A stretch of 64,000 bases of DNA, taken from NCBI GenBank assembly GCA_964016885.1, contig OZ024744.1:12152001-12216000 (forward strand), given 5' to 3'. How positions within the stretch are numbered: position 1 is the first letter of the stretch; each line of letters begins with the position of its first letter. The notes under the pieces were generated by a model. That model ran no database searches, was not told the origin of the DNA, and saw nothing but the letters and a program-made list of their open reading frames with translations. This DNA is from Eledone cirrhosa (taxonomy: Eukaryota). Below, one piece after another: positions 1-14,400 of this stretch. The translations under genes and the position numbers were made by a program.

Positions 1-3000
1 TCTATTTGTCCATCTAATGACGGTCTATAACATAAAACATTCTATGTGACCATCTAATGACAGTCTATAAAGTAAAACATTCTATTTGAATATCTAATGA
101 CTGTCTATAACATAAAACATTCTATGTGACCATCAAATGACTGTCTATAACATAAAACATTCTATTTGACCATCTAATGACTGTCTATAACATGAAACAT
201 TCTATTTGTACATCTAATGACGGTCTATAACATACAACATTTTATTTGACCATATTATGACTGTCTATAACATAAAACATTCTATGTGACCATCTAATGA
301 CAGTCTATAACATAAAACATTCTATGTGACCATCTAATGACTGTCTATAACATAAAACATTCCATTTGTCTATCTAATGAAGGTCTATAACATAAAACAT
401 TCTATTCGACCATATAATGACTGTCTATAACATAAAACATTCTATGTGACAATCTAATCACTGTCTATAACATAAAACATTCTTTTTATCCGTCTAATGA
501 AGTCTATAACATAAAACATTCTATTTGTCTATCTAATGACGGTCTATAACATTAAACATTCTATTTCACCATCTAATGACTGTTTATAACATAAAACATT
601 TTATGTGACAATCTAATGACAGTCTATAACATAAAACATTCTACTTGACCATATAATGACTGTCTATAACATAAAACATTCTATGTGACCATCTAATTAC
701 GGTCTATAACATAAAACATTCTATTTGTCCATCTAATGACGGTCTATAACATACAACATTCTATTTGACCATATAATGACGACTGTCTATAACATAAACA
801 TTCTATGTGACCATCTAATGACGGTCTATAACAGAAAACATTCTATTTGACCATCTAATGACTGTCTATAACATAAAACATTCTATTTGTCCATCTAATG
901 AGGTCTATAATATAAAACATTCTATTCGACCATATAATGACTGTCTATAACATAAAACATTCTATGTGACAATCTAATGACTGTCTATAACATAAAACAT
1001 TCTTTTTATCCCTCTAATGAAGTCTATAACATAAAACATTCTATGTGACCATATAATGACTGTCTATAACATAAAACATTCTATTTTACCATCTAATGAC
1101 TGTCTATAACATAAAACATTCTATTTGACCATCTAATGACTGTCTATAACGTAACACATTCTATTTCACCATCTAATGACTGTCTATAACATAAAACATT
1201 CTATTTGACCATCTAATGACTGTCTATGACATAAAACATTCTATTTGACCATCTAATGACTGTCTATAACATAAAACATTCTATTTGACTATCTAATGAG
1301 TGTCTATAACATAAAACATTCTACTTGACCATCTAATGACTCTCTATAACGTAAAACATTCTATGTGACCATCTAATGACTGTCTATAACATGAAATATT
1401 CTATTTGACCATCTAATGACTGTCTATAACATAAAAGATTCTATGTGACCATCTAATGACTGTCTATAACATAAAACATTCTATTTGTCCATCTAATGAC
1501 TGTCTATAACATACAGCATTCTATTTGTCCCTCTTATGACGGTCTATAACATAAAACATTCTATTTGACCATATAATGACTGTCTATAACATAAAACATT
1601 GTATGTGACCATCTAATGACTGTCTATAAGATAAAACATTCTATTTGTCTATCTAATAACTGTCTATAACACAGAACATTCTATTTGACCATCTAATGAC
1701 TGTCTATAACATAACAGATTCTATTTCACCATCTAATGACTGACTAGAACGTAAAACATTCCTTTTAACCATCTAATGACGGTATATAGCATAAATCATT
1801 CTATCTGACCATCTAATGACTGTCTATAACATAAAACATTCTATTTGTCCATCTAATGACTGTCTATAAGATAAAACATTCTATTTGTCTATCTAATGAC
1901 GGTCTATAACATAACACATTATATTTGTCCATCTAATGACGGTCTATAACATAAAACATTCTATGTGACCATCTAATGACTGTCTATAACATAAAACATT
2001 CTATGTGACCATCTAATGACAGTCTATAACATAAAACATTCTATTTGACCATCAAATTACTGTCTATAACATAAAACATTCTAGCTGAGCATCTAATGAC
2101 TGTCTATAACATAAAACATTCTATGTGACCATCTAATCACTGTCTATAACATAAAACATTCTATTTGACCATCTAATGACTGTCTATAACATAACACATT
2201 CTATTTCACCATCTAATGACGGTCTATAACTGAAAACATCTATTTGTCCATCTAATGACGGTCTATAACATAAAACATTCTATGTGACCATCTAATGACA
2301 GTCTATAAAGTAAAACATTCTATTTGAATATCTAATGACTGTCTATAACATAAAACATTCTATGTGACCATCAAATGACTGTCTATAACATAAAACATTC
2401 TATTTGACCATCTAATGACTGTCTATAACATGAAACATTCTATTTGTACATCTAATGACGGTCTATAACATACAACATTTTATTTGACCATATTATGACT
2501 GTCTATAACTTAAAACATTCTATGTGACCATCTAATGACAGTCTATAACATAAAACATTCTATGTGACCATCTAATGACTGTCTATAACATAAAACATTC
2601 CATTTGTCTATCTAATGAAGGTCTATAACATAAAACATTCTATTCGACCATATAATGACTGTCTATAACATAAAACATTCTATGTGACAATCTAATCACT
2701 GTCTATAACATAAAACATTCTTTTTATCCGTCTAATGAGGTCTATAACATAAAACATTCTATTTGTCTATCTAATGACGGTCTATAACATTAAACATTCT
2801 ATATCACCATCTAATGACTGTTTATAACATAAAACATTTTATGTGACAATCTAATGACAGTCTATAACATAAAACATTCTATTTGACCATCAAATGACTG
2901 TCTATAACATACAACATTCTACTTGACCATATAATGACTGTCTATAACATAAAACATTCTATGTGACCATCTAATTACGGTCTATAACATAAAACATTCT

Positions 3001-3210
3001 ATTTGTCCATCTAATGACGGTCTATAACATACAACATTCTATTTGACCATATAATGACGACTGTCTATAACATAAAACATTCTATGTGACCATCTAATGA
3101 CGGTCTATAACAGAAAACATTCTATTTGACCATCTAATGACTGTCTATAACATAAAACATTCTATTTGTCCATCTAATGAGGTCTATAATATAAAACATT
3201 CTATTCGACC
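1..3210. repeat. Higher-order duplication, period about 2238 bp (56 monomers)
   Basis: AGTAAAACAT...TTGAATA occurs at 71 and 2309, followed by the same order of variants (GTACA, TCCATTTGTCTA, TTTTTATCCG, GACGACTG). The second copy has one extra monomer near 2890. Confidence 0.82.
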
Positions 3211-6200
3211 ATCTAATGACTGACTAGAACGTAAAACATTCTTTTTAACCATCTAATGACGGTATATAGCATAAAACATTCTATCTGACCATCTAATGAC
3301 TGTCTATAACATAAAACATTCTATTTGTCCATCTAATGACTGACTATAAGATAAAACATTCTATTTGTCTATCTAATGACGGTCTATAAGATAAAACATT
3401 CTATTTGTCCATCTAATGACGGTCTATAACATAAAACATTCTATTTGACCATCTAATGGCAGTCTCTAACATAAAATATTCCATTTGACCATCTAATGAC
3501 GGTCTATAGCATAAAAAATTCTATTTGACCATCTAATGACTCTCTGTAACATAAAACATTTATTTGTCCATCTAATGACGGTCTATAACATAAAATATTC
3601 TATTTGACCATCTAATCACTATCTATAACATAAAACATTCTATTTGTCCATCTAATGACGGTCTATAACATAAAACATTCTATTTCACCATCTAATGACT
3701 GTCTATAACATAAAACATTCTATGTGACCATCTAATTACTGTCTATAACATACAACATTCTATTTTACCATCTAATGACGGTCTATAACATAAAACCTTC
3801 TATTTAACCATCTAATGACTGTCTATAACATAAAACATTCTATTTGTCCATCTAATGACTGTCTATAACATAAAACATTCTATTTGTCCATCTAATGACG
3901 GCTATAACATAAAACATTCTATTTGTCCATATAACGACTGTCTATAACATAAAACATTCTATCTGACCATCTAATGACTGTCTATAACATAAAACATTCT
4001 ATTTGTCCATCTAATGTCGGTCTATAACATAAAACATTATATTTGTCGATCTAATGACGGTCTATAACATTAAACATTCTATTTCACCATGTAATGACTG
4101 TCTATAACATAAAACATTCTATTTGACAATCTAATGACTGTCTATAACATAAAACATTCTATTTGACTATCTAATGACTGTCTATAATATAAAACATTCT
4201 ATTTGACCATCTAATCACTATCTATAACATAAAACATTCTATTTGTCCATCTAATGACGGTCTATAACATAAAACATTCTATTTCACCATCTAATGACTG
4301 TCTATAACATAAAACATTCTATTTGTCCATCTAATGACGGTCTATAAGATAAAACATTCTATTTGTCCATCTAATGACGGTCTATAACATAAAACATTCT
4401 ATTTGTCCATCTAATGACGGTCTATAACATACAACATTTTATTTGACCATATTATGACTGTCTATAACATAAAACATTCTATGTGACCATCTAATGACGG
4501 TCTATAACATAAAACATTCTATGTGACCATCAAATGACTGTCTATAACATAAAACATTCTATTTGTCTATCTAATGACGGTCTATAACATAAAACATTCT
4601 ATTTGACCATATAATGACTGTCTATAACATAAAACATTCTATGTGACAATCTAATCACTGTCTATAACATAAAACATTCTTTTTATCCGTCTAATGAAGT
4701 CTATAACATAAAACATTCTATTTGTCTATCTAATGACGGTCTATAACATAAAACATTCTATTTGACCATCTAATGACTGTCTATAACATAACACATTCTA
4801 TTTCACCATCTAATGACGGTCTATAACATAAAACATCTATTTGTCCATCTAATGACGGTCTATAACATAAAACATTCTAAGTGACCATCTAATGACAGTC
4901 TATAACATAAAACATTCTATTTGTCCATCTAATGACTGTCTATAACATGAAACATTCTATTTGTCCATCTAATGACGGTCTATAACATAAAACATTCTAT
5001 TTGTCCATCTAATGACGGTCTATTACATAAAACATACTATTTGACCATCTAATCACTATCTATAACATAAAACATTCTATTTGTCCATCTAATGACGGTC
5101 TATAACATAAAACATTCTATTTGACAATCTAATAACTGTCTATAACACAGAACATTCTATTTGACCATCTAATGACTGTCTATAACATAACAGATTCTAT
5201 TTCACCATCTAATGACTGACTAGAACGTAAAACATTCTTTTTAACCATCTAATGACGGTATATAGCATAAAACATTCTATCTGACCATCTAATGACTGTC
5301 TATAACATAAAACATTCTATTTGTCCATCTAATGACTGACTATAAGATAAAACATTCTATTTGTCTATCTAATGACGGTCTATAAGATAAAACATTCTAT
5401 TTGTCCATCTAATGACGGTCTATAACATAAAACATTCTATTTGACCATCTAATGGCAGTCTCTAACATAAAATATTCTATTTGACCATCTAATGACGGTC
5501 TATAGCATAAAAAATTCTATTTGACCATCTAATGACTCTCTGTAACATAAAACATTTATTTGTCCATCTAATGACGGTCTATAACATAAAATATTCTATT
5601 TGACCATCTAATCACTATCTATAACATAAAACATTCTATTTGTCCATCTAATGACGGTCTATAACATAAAACATTCTATTTCACCATCTAATGACTGTCT
5701 ATACCATAAAACATTCTATGTGACCATCTAATTACTGTCTATAACATACAACATTCTATTTTACCATCTAATGACGGTCTATAACATAAAACCTTCTATT
5801 TAACCATCTAATGACTGTCTATAACATAAAACATTCTATTTGTCCATCTAATGACTGTCTATAACATAAAACATTCTATTTGTCCATCTAATGACGGCTA
5901 TAACATAAAACATTCTATTTGTCCATATAACGAATATCTATAACATAAAACATTCTATCTGACCATCTAATGACTGTCTATAACATAAAACATTCTATTT
6001 GTCCATCTAATGTCGGTCTATAACATAAAACATTATATTTGTCGATCTAATGACGGTCTATAACATTAAACATTCTATTTCACCATGTAATGACTGTCTA
6101 TAACATAAAACATTCTATTTGACAATCTAATGACTGTCTATAACATAAAACATTCTATTTGACTATCTAATGACTGTCTATAATATAAAACATTCTATTT

Positions 6201-7700
6201 GACCATCTAATCACTATCTATAACATAAAACATTCTATTTGTCCATCTAATGACGGTCTATAACATAAAACATTCTATTTCACCATCTAATGACTGTCTA
6301 TAACATAAAACATTCTATTTGTCCATCTAATGACGGTCTATAAGATAAAACATTCTATTTGTCCATCTAATGACGGTCTATAACATAAAACATTCTATTT
6401 GTCCATCTAATGACGGTCTATAACATACAACATTTTATTTGACCATATTATGACTGTCTATAACATAAAACATTCTATGTGACCATCTAATGACGGTCTA
6501 TAACATAAAACATACTATGTGACCATCAAATGACTGTCTATAACATAAAACATTCTATTTGTCTATCTAATGACGGTCTATAACATAAAACATTCTATTT
6601 GACCATATAATGACTGTCTATAACATAAAACATTCTATGTGACAATCTAATCACTGTCTATAACATAAAACATTCTTTTTATCCGTCTAATGAAGTCTAT
6701 AACATAAAACATTCTATTTGTCTATCTAATGACGGTCTATAACATAAAACATTCTATTTGACCATCTAATGACTGTCTATAACATAACACATTCTATTTC
6801 ACCATCTAATGACGGTCTATAACATAAAACATCTATTTGTCCATCTAATGACGGTCTATAACATAAAACATTCTAAGTGACCATCTAATGACAGTCTATA
6901 ACATAAAACATTCTATTTGTCCATCTAATGACTGTCTATAACATGAAACATTCTATTTGTCCATCTAATGACGGTCTATAACATAAAACATTCTATTTGT
7001 CCATCTAATGACGGTCTATTACATAAAACATACTATTTGACCATCTAATCACTGTCTATAACATAAAACATTCTATTTGTCCATCTAATGACGGTCTTTA
7101 ACATAAAACATTCTATTTGACAATCTAATAACTGTCTATAACACAGAACATTCTATTTGACCATCTAATGACTGTCTATAACATAACATATTCTATTTTA
7201 CCATCTAATGACTGACTAGAACGTAAAACATTCTTTTTAACCATCTAATGACGGTATATAGCATAAAACATTCTATCTGACCATCTAATGCCTGTCTATA
7301 ACATAAAACATTCTATTTGTCCATCTAATGACTGTCTATAAGATAAAACATTTTATTTGTCCATCTAATGACGGTCTATAAGATAAAACATTCTATTTGT
7401 CCATCTAATGACGGTCTATAACATAAAACATTCTATTTGACCATCTAATGACTGTCTATAACATAAAATATTCTATTTGACCATCTAATGACGGTCTATA
7501 GCATAAAAAATTCTATTTGACCATCTAATGACTCTCTGTAACATAAAACATTTATTTGTCCATCTAATGACGGTCTATAACATAAAATATTCTATTTGAC
7601 CATATAATCACTATCTATAACATAAAACATTCTATTTGTCCATCTAATGACGGTCTATAACATAAAACATTCTATTTCACCATCTAATGACGGTCTATAA
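3211..7700. repeat. 50-monomer higher-order repeat, period 1996 bp, two full copies plus a partial third
   Basis: TGACTAGAACG occurs at 3221, 5217 and 7213, and AATGGCAGTCTCT at 3455 and 5451. 1996 = 50x40 minus four 1-bp-deleted monomers (AACATTTATT, GACGGCTAT, TGAAGTC, AACATCTAT), each seen once per unit. Confidence 0.92.
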
Positions 7701-7899
7701 CATAAAACATTCTATTTGACTGTCTATAACATAAAATATTCTATTTGACCATCTAATGACGGTCTATAACATAAAAAAATCTATTTGACCATGTAATGAC
7801 TGTCTATAACATAAAACATTCTATTTGTCCATCTAATGACGGTCTATAAGATAACACATTATATTTGTCCATCTAATGACGGTCTATAACATAAAACAT

Positions 7900-8450
7900 T
7901 CTATTTGACAATCTAATAACTGTCTATAACACAGAACATTCTATTTGACCATCTAATGACTGTCTATAACATAACAGATTCTATTTCACCATCTAATGAC
8001 TGTCTAGAACGTAAAACATTCTTTTTAACCATCTAATGACGGTATATAGCATAAAACATTCTATCTGACCATCTAATGACTGTCTATAACATAAAACATT
8101 CTATTTGTCCATCTAATGACTGTCTATAAGATAAAACATTCTATTTGTCTATCTAATGACGGTCTATAACATAAAACATTCTATTTGACAATCTAATAAC
8201 TGTCTATAACACAGAACATTCTATTTGACCATCTAATGACTGTCTATAACATAACAGATTCTATTTCACCATCTAATGACTGACTAGAACGTAAAACATT
8301 CTTTTTAACCATCTAATGACGGTATATAGCATAAATCATTCTATCTGACCATCTAATGACTGTCTATAACATAAAACATTCTATTTGTCCATCTAATGAC
8401 TGTCTATAAGATAAAACATTCTATTTGTCTATCTAATGACGGTCTATAAC
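7900..8450. repeat. Local 7-monomer (280 bp) tandem duplication, also carried at about 21061, 28081 and 33113
   Basis: TGTCTATAACACAGAACATT occurs at 7921 and 8201 with the same downstream variants (AACAGATT, TAGAACGT, GGTATATAGC). Confidence 0.88.
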
Positions 8451-11400
8451 ATAACACATTATATTTGTCCATCTAATGACGGTCTATAACATGAAACATT
8501 CTATGTGACCATCTAATGACTGTCTATAACATAAAACATTCTATGTGACCATCTAATGACAGTCTATAACATAAAACATTCTATTTGACCATCAAATTAC
8601 TGTCTATAACATAAAACATTCTATCTGAGCATCTAATGACTGTCTATAACATAAAACATTCTATGTGACCATCTAATCACTGTCTATAACATAACACATT
8701 CTATTTCACCATCTAATGACGGTCTATAACTGAAAACATCTATTTGTCCATCTAATGACGGTCTATAACATAAAACATTCTATGTGACCATCTAATGACA
8801 GTCTATAAAGTAAAACATTCTATTTGAATATCTAATGACTGTCTATAACATAAAACATTCTATGTGACCATCAAATGACTGTCTATAACATAAAACATTC
8901 TATTTGACCATCTAATGACTGTCTATAACATGAAACATTCTATTTGTACATCTAATGACGGTCTATAACATACAACATTTTATTTGACCATATTATGACT
9001 GTCTATAACATAAAACATTCTATGTGACCATCTAATGACAGTCTATAACATAAAACATTCTATGTGACCATCTAATGACTGTCTATAACATAAAACATTC
9101 CATTTGTCTATCTAATGAAGGTCTATAACATAAAACATTCTATTCGACCATATAATGACTGTCTATAACATAAAACATTCTATGTGACAATCTAATCACT
9201 GTCTATAACATAAAACATTCTTTTTATCCGTCTAATGAAGTCTATAACATAAAACATTCTATTTGTCTATCTAATGACGGTCTATAACATTAAACATTCT
9301 ATTTCACCATCTAATGACTGTTTATAACATAAAACATTTTATGTGACAATCTAATGACAGTCTATAACATAAAACATTCTACTTGACCATATAATGACTG
9401 TCTATAACATAAAACATTCTATGTGACCATCTAATTACGGTCTATAACATAAAACATTCTATTTGTCCATCTAATGACGGTCTATAACATACAACATTCT
9501 ATTTGACCATATAATGACGACTGTCTATAACATAAACATTCTATGTGACCATCTAATGACGGTCTATAACAGAAAACATTCTATTTGACCATCTAATGAC
9601 TGTCTATAACATAAAACATTCTATTTGTCCATCTAATGAGGTCTATAATATAAAACATTCTATTCGACCATATAATGACTGTCTATAACATAAAACATTC
9701 TATGTGACAATCTAATGACTGTCTATAACATAAAACATTCTTTTTATCCCTCTAATGAAGTCTATAACATAAAACATTCTATGTGACCATATAATGACTG
9801 TCTATAACATAAAACATTCTATTTTACCATCTAATGACTGTCTATAACATAAAACATTCTATTTGACCATCTAATGACTGTCTATAACGTAACACATTCT
9901 ATTTCACCATCTAATGACTGTCTATAACATAAAACATTCTATTTGACCATCTAATGACTGTCTATGACATAAAACATTCTATTTGACCATCTAATGACTG
10001 TCTATAACATAAAACATTCTATTTGACTATCTAATGAGTGTCTATAACATAAAACATTCTACTTGACCATCTAATGACTCTCTATAACGTAAAACATTCT
10101 ATGTGACCATCTAATGACTGTCTATAACATGAACTATTCTATTTGACCATCTAATGACTGTCTATAACATAAAAGATTCTATGTGACCATCTAATGACTG
10201 TCTATAACATAAAACATTCTATTTGTCCATCTAATGACTGTCTATAACATACAGCATTCTATTTGTCCCTCTTATGACGGTCTATAACATAAAACATTCT
10301 ATTTGACCATATAATGACTGTCTATAACATAAAACATTGTATGTGACCATCTAATGACTGTCTATAAGATAAAACATTCTATTTGTCTATCTAATAACTG
10401 TCTATAACACAGAACATTCTATTTGACCATCTAATGACTGTCTATAACATAACAGATTCTATTTCACCATCTAATGACTGACTAGAACGTAAAACATTCT
10501 TTTTAACCATCTAATGACGGTATATAGCATAAATCATTCTATCTGACCATCTAATGACTGTCTATAACATAAAACATTCTATTTGTCCATCTAATGACTG
10601 TCTATAAGATAAAACATTCTATTTGTCTATCTAATGACGGTCTATAACATAACACATTATATTTGTCCATCTAATGACGGTCTATAACATAAAAGATTCT
10701 ATGTGACCATCTAATGCCTGTCTATAACATAAAACATTCTATGTGACCATCTAATGACAGTCTATAACATAAAACATTCTATTTGACCATCAAATTACTG
10801 TCTATAACATAAAACATTCTAGCTGAGCATCTAATGACTGTCTATAACATAAAACATTCTATGTGACCATCTAATCACTGTCTATAACATAAAACATTCT
10901 ATTTGACCATCTAATGACTGTCTATAACATAACACATTCTATTTCACCATCTAATGACGGTCTATAACTGAAAACATCTATTTGTCCATCTAATGACGGT
11001 CTATAACATAAAACATTCTATGTGACCATCTAATGACAGTCTATAAAGTAAAACATTCTATTTGAATATCTAATGACTGTCTATAACATAAAACATTCTA
11101 TGTGACCATCAAATGACTGTCTATAACATAAAACATTCTATTTGACCATCTAATGACTGTCTATAACATGAAACATTCTATTTGTACATCTAATGACGGT
11201 CTATAACATACAACATTTTATTTGACCATATTATGACTGTCTATAACTTAAAACATTCTATGTGACCATCTAATGACAGTCTATAACATAAAACATTCTA
11301 TGTGACCATCTAATGACTGTCTATAACATAAAACATTCCATTTGTCTATCTAATGAAGGTCTATAACATAAAACATTCTATTCGACCATATAATGACTGT

Positions 11401-14400
11401 CTATAACATAAAACATTCTATGTGACAATCTAATCACTGTCTATAACATAAAACATTCTTTTTATCCGTCTAATGAGGTCTATAACATAAAACATTCTAT
11501 TTGTCTATCTAATGACGGTCTATAACATTAAACATTCTATATCACCATCTAATGACTGTTTATAACATAAAACATTTTATGTGACAATCTAATGACAGTC
11601 TATAACATAAAACATTCTATTTGACCATCAAATGACTGTCTATAACATACAACATTCTACTTGACCATATAATGACTGTCTATAACATAAAACATTCTAT
11701 GTGACCATCTAATTACGGTCTATAACATAAAACATTCTATTTGTCCATCTAATGACGGTCTATAACATACAACATTCTATTTGACCATATAATGACGACT
11801 GTCTATAACATAAAACATTCTATGTGACCATCTAATGACGGTCTATAACAGAAAACATTCTATTTGACCATCTAATGACTGTCTATAACATAAAACATTC
11901 TATTTGTCCATCTAATGAGGTCTATAATATAAAACATTCTATTCGACCATCTAATGACTGACTAGAACGTAAAACATTCTTTTTAACCATCTAATGACGG
12001 TATATAGCATAAAACATTCTATTTGTCCATCTAATGACTGACTATAAGATAAAACATTCTATTTGTCTATCTAATGACGGTCTATAAGATAAAACATTCT
12101 ATTTGTCCATCTAATGACGGTCTATAACATAAAACATTCTATTTGACCATCTAATGGCAGTCTCTAACATAAAATATTCCATTTGACCATCTAATGACGG
12201 TCTATAGCATAAAAAATTCTATTTGACCATCTAATGACTCTCTGTAACATAAAACATTTATTTGTCCATCTAATGACGGTCTATAACATAAAATATTCTA
12301 TTTGACCATCTAATCACTATCTATAACATAAAACATTCTATTTGTCCATCTAATGACGGTCTATAACATAAAACATTCTATTTCACCATCTAATGACTGT
12401 GTATAACATAAAACATTCTATTTGTCCATCTAATGACTGTCTATAACATAAAACATTCTATTTGTCCATCTAATGACGGCTATAACATAAAACATTCTAT
12501 TTGTCCATATAACGACTGTCTATAACATAAAACATTCTATCTGACCATCTAATGACTGTCTATAACATAAAACATTCTATTTGTCCATCTAATGTCGGTC
12601 TATAACATAAAACATTATATTTGTCGATCTAATGACGGTCTATAACATTAAACATTCTATTTCACCATGTAATGACTGTCTATAACATAAAACATTCTAT
12701 TTGACAATCTAATGACTGTCTATAACATAAAACATTCTATTTGACTATCTAATGACTGTCTATAATATAAAACATTCTATTTGACCATCTAATCACTATC
12801 TATAACATAAAACATTCTATTTGTCCATCTAATGACGGTCTATAACATAAAACATTCTATTTCACCATCTAATGACTGTCTATAACATAAAACATTCTAT
12901 TTGTCCATCTAATGACGGTCTATAAGATAAAACATTCTTTTGTCCATCTAATGACGGTCTATAACATAAAACATTCTATTTGTCCATCTAATGACGGTCT
13001 ATAACATACAACATTTTATTTGACCATATTATGACTGTCTATAACATAAAACATTCTATGTGACCATCTAATGACGGTCTATAACATAAAACATTCTATG
13101 TGACCATCAAATGACTGTCTATAACATAAAACATTCTATTTGTCTATCTAATGACGGTCTATAACATAAAACATTCTATTTGACCATATAATGACTGTCT
13201 ATAACATAAAACATTCTATGTGACAATCTAATCACTGTCTATAACATAAAACATTCTTTTTATCCGTCTAATGAAGTCTATAACATAAAACATTCTATTT
13301 GTCTATCTAATGACGGTCTATAACATAAAACATTCTATTTGACCATCTAATGACTGTCTATAACATAACACATTCTATTTCACCATCTAATGACGGTCTA
13401 TAACATAAAACATCTATTTGTCCATCTAATGACGGTCTATAACATAAAACATTCTAAGTGACCATCTAATGACAGTCTATAACATAAAACATTCTATTTG
13501 TCCATCTAATGACTGTCTATAACATGAAACATTCTATTTGTCCATCTAATGACGGTCTATAACATAAAACATTCTATTTGTCCATCTAATGACGGTCTAT
13601 TACATAAAACATACTATTTGACCATCTAATCACTGTCTATAACATAAAACATTCTATTTGTCCATCTAATGACGGTCTTTAACATAAAACATTCTATTTG
13701 ACAATCTAATAACTGTCTATAACACAGAACATTCTATTTGACCATCTAATGACTGTCTATAACATAACATATTCTATTTTACCATCTAATGACTGACTAG
13801 AACGTAAAACATTCTTTTTAACCATCTAATGACGGTATATAGCATAAAACATTCTATCTGACCATCTAATGCCTGTCTATAACATAAAACATTCTATTTG
13901 TCCATCCAATGACTGTCTATAAGATAAAACATTTTATTTGTCCATCTAATGACGGTCTATAAGATAAAACATTCTATTTGTCCATCTAATGACGGTCTAT
14001 AACATAAAACATTCTATTTGACCATCTAATGACTGTCTATAACATAAAATATTCTATTTGACCATCTAATGACGGTCTATAGCATAAAAAATTCTATTTG
14101 ACCATCTAATGACTCTCTGTAACATAAAACATTTATTTGTCCATCTAATGACGGTCTATAACATAAAATATTCTATTTGACCATATAATCACTATCTATA
14201 ACATAAAACATTCTATTTGTCCATCTAATGACGGTCTATAACATAAAACATTCTATTTCACCATCTAATGACGGTCTATAACATAAAACATTCTATTTGA
14301 CTGTCTATAACATAAAATATTCTATTTGACCATCTAATGACGGTCTATAACATAAAAAAATCTATTTGACCATCTAATGACTGTCTATAACATAAAACAT

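Larger units (their letters stand above)
1..12020. repeat. Higher-order duplication, period 8738 bp (about 1-3280 repeated at about 8739-12020, continuing further with whole-monomer indels)
   Basis: Marker pairs AGTAAAACAT 71/8809, GACTGTCTATAACATAAACA 781/9519 and TGAAAACATC 2231/10969 are all offset by 8738. One monomer is missing in the second copy near 12020. Confidence 0.9.

Noticed and set aside
24-36. TATA-box or -10-like motif (TATAA, occasional TATAAT)
   Set aside because: It is expected in an AT-rich repeat and present about 1,600 times with no downstream gene, so there is no support for promoter function.
1-40. Structured ncRNA or terminator hairpin within the monomer
   Set aside because: Only 3-4 bp inverted repeats (GTC/GAC, GACC/GGTC) are present, too weak to support a stable structure, and no convincing compensatory changes were seen.
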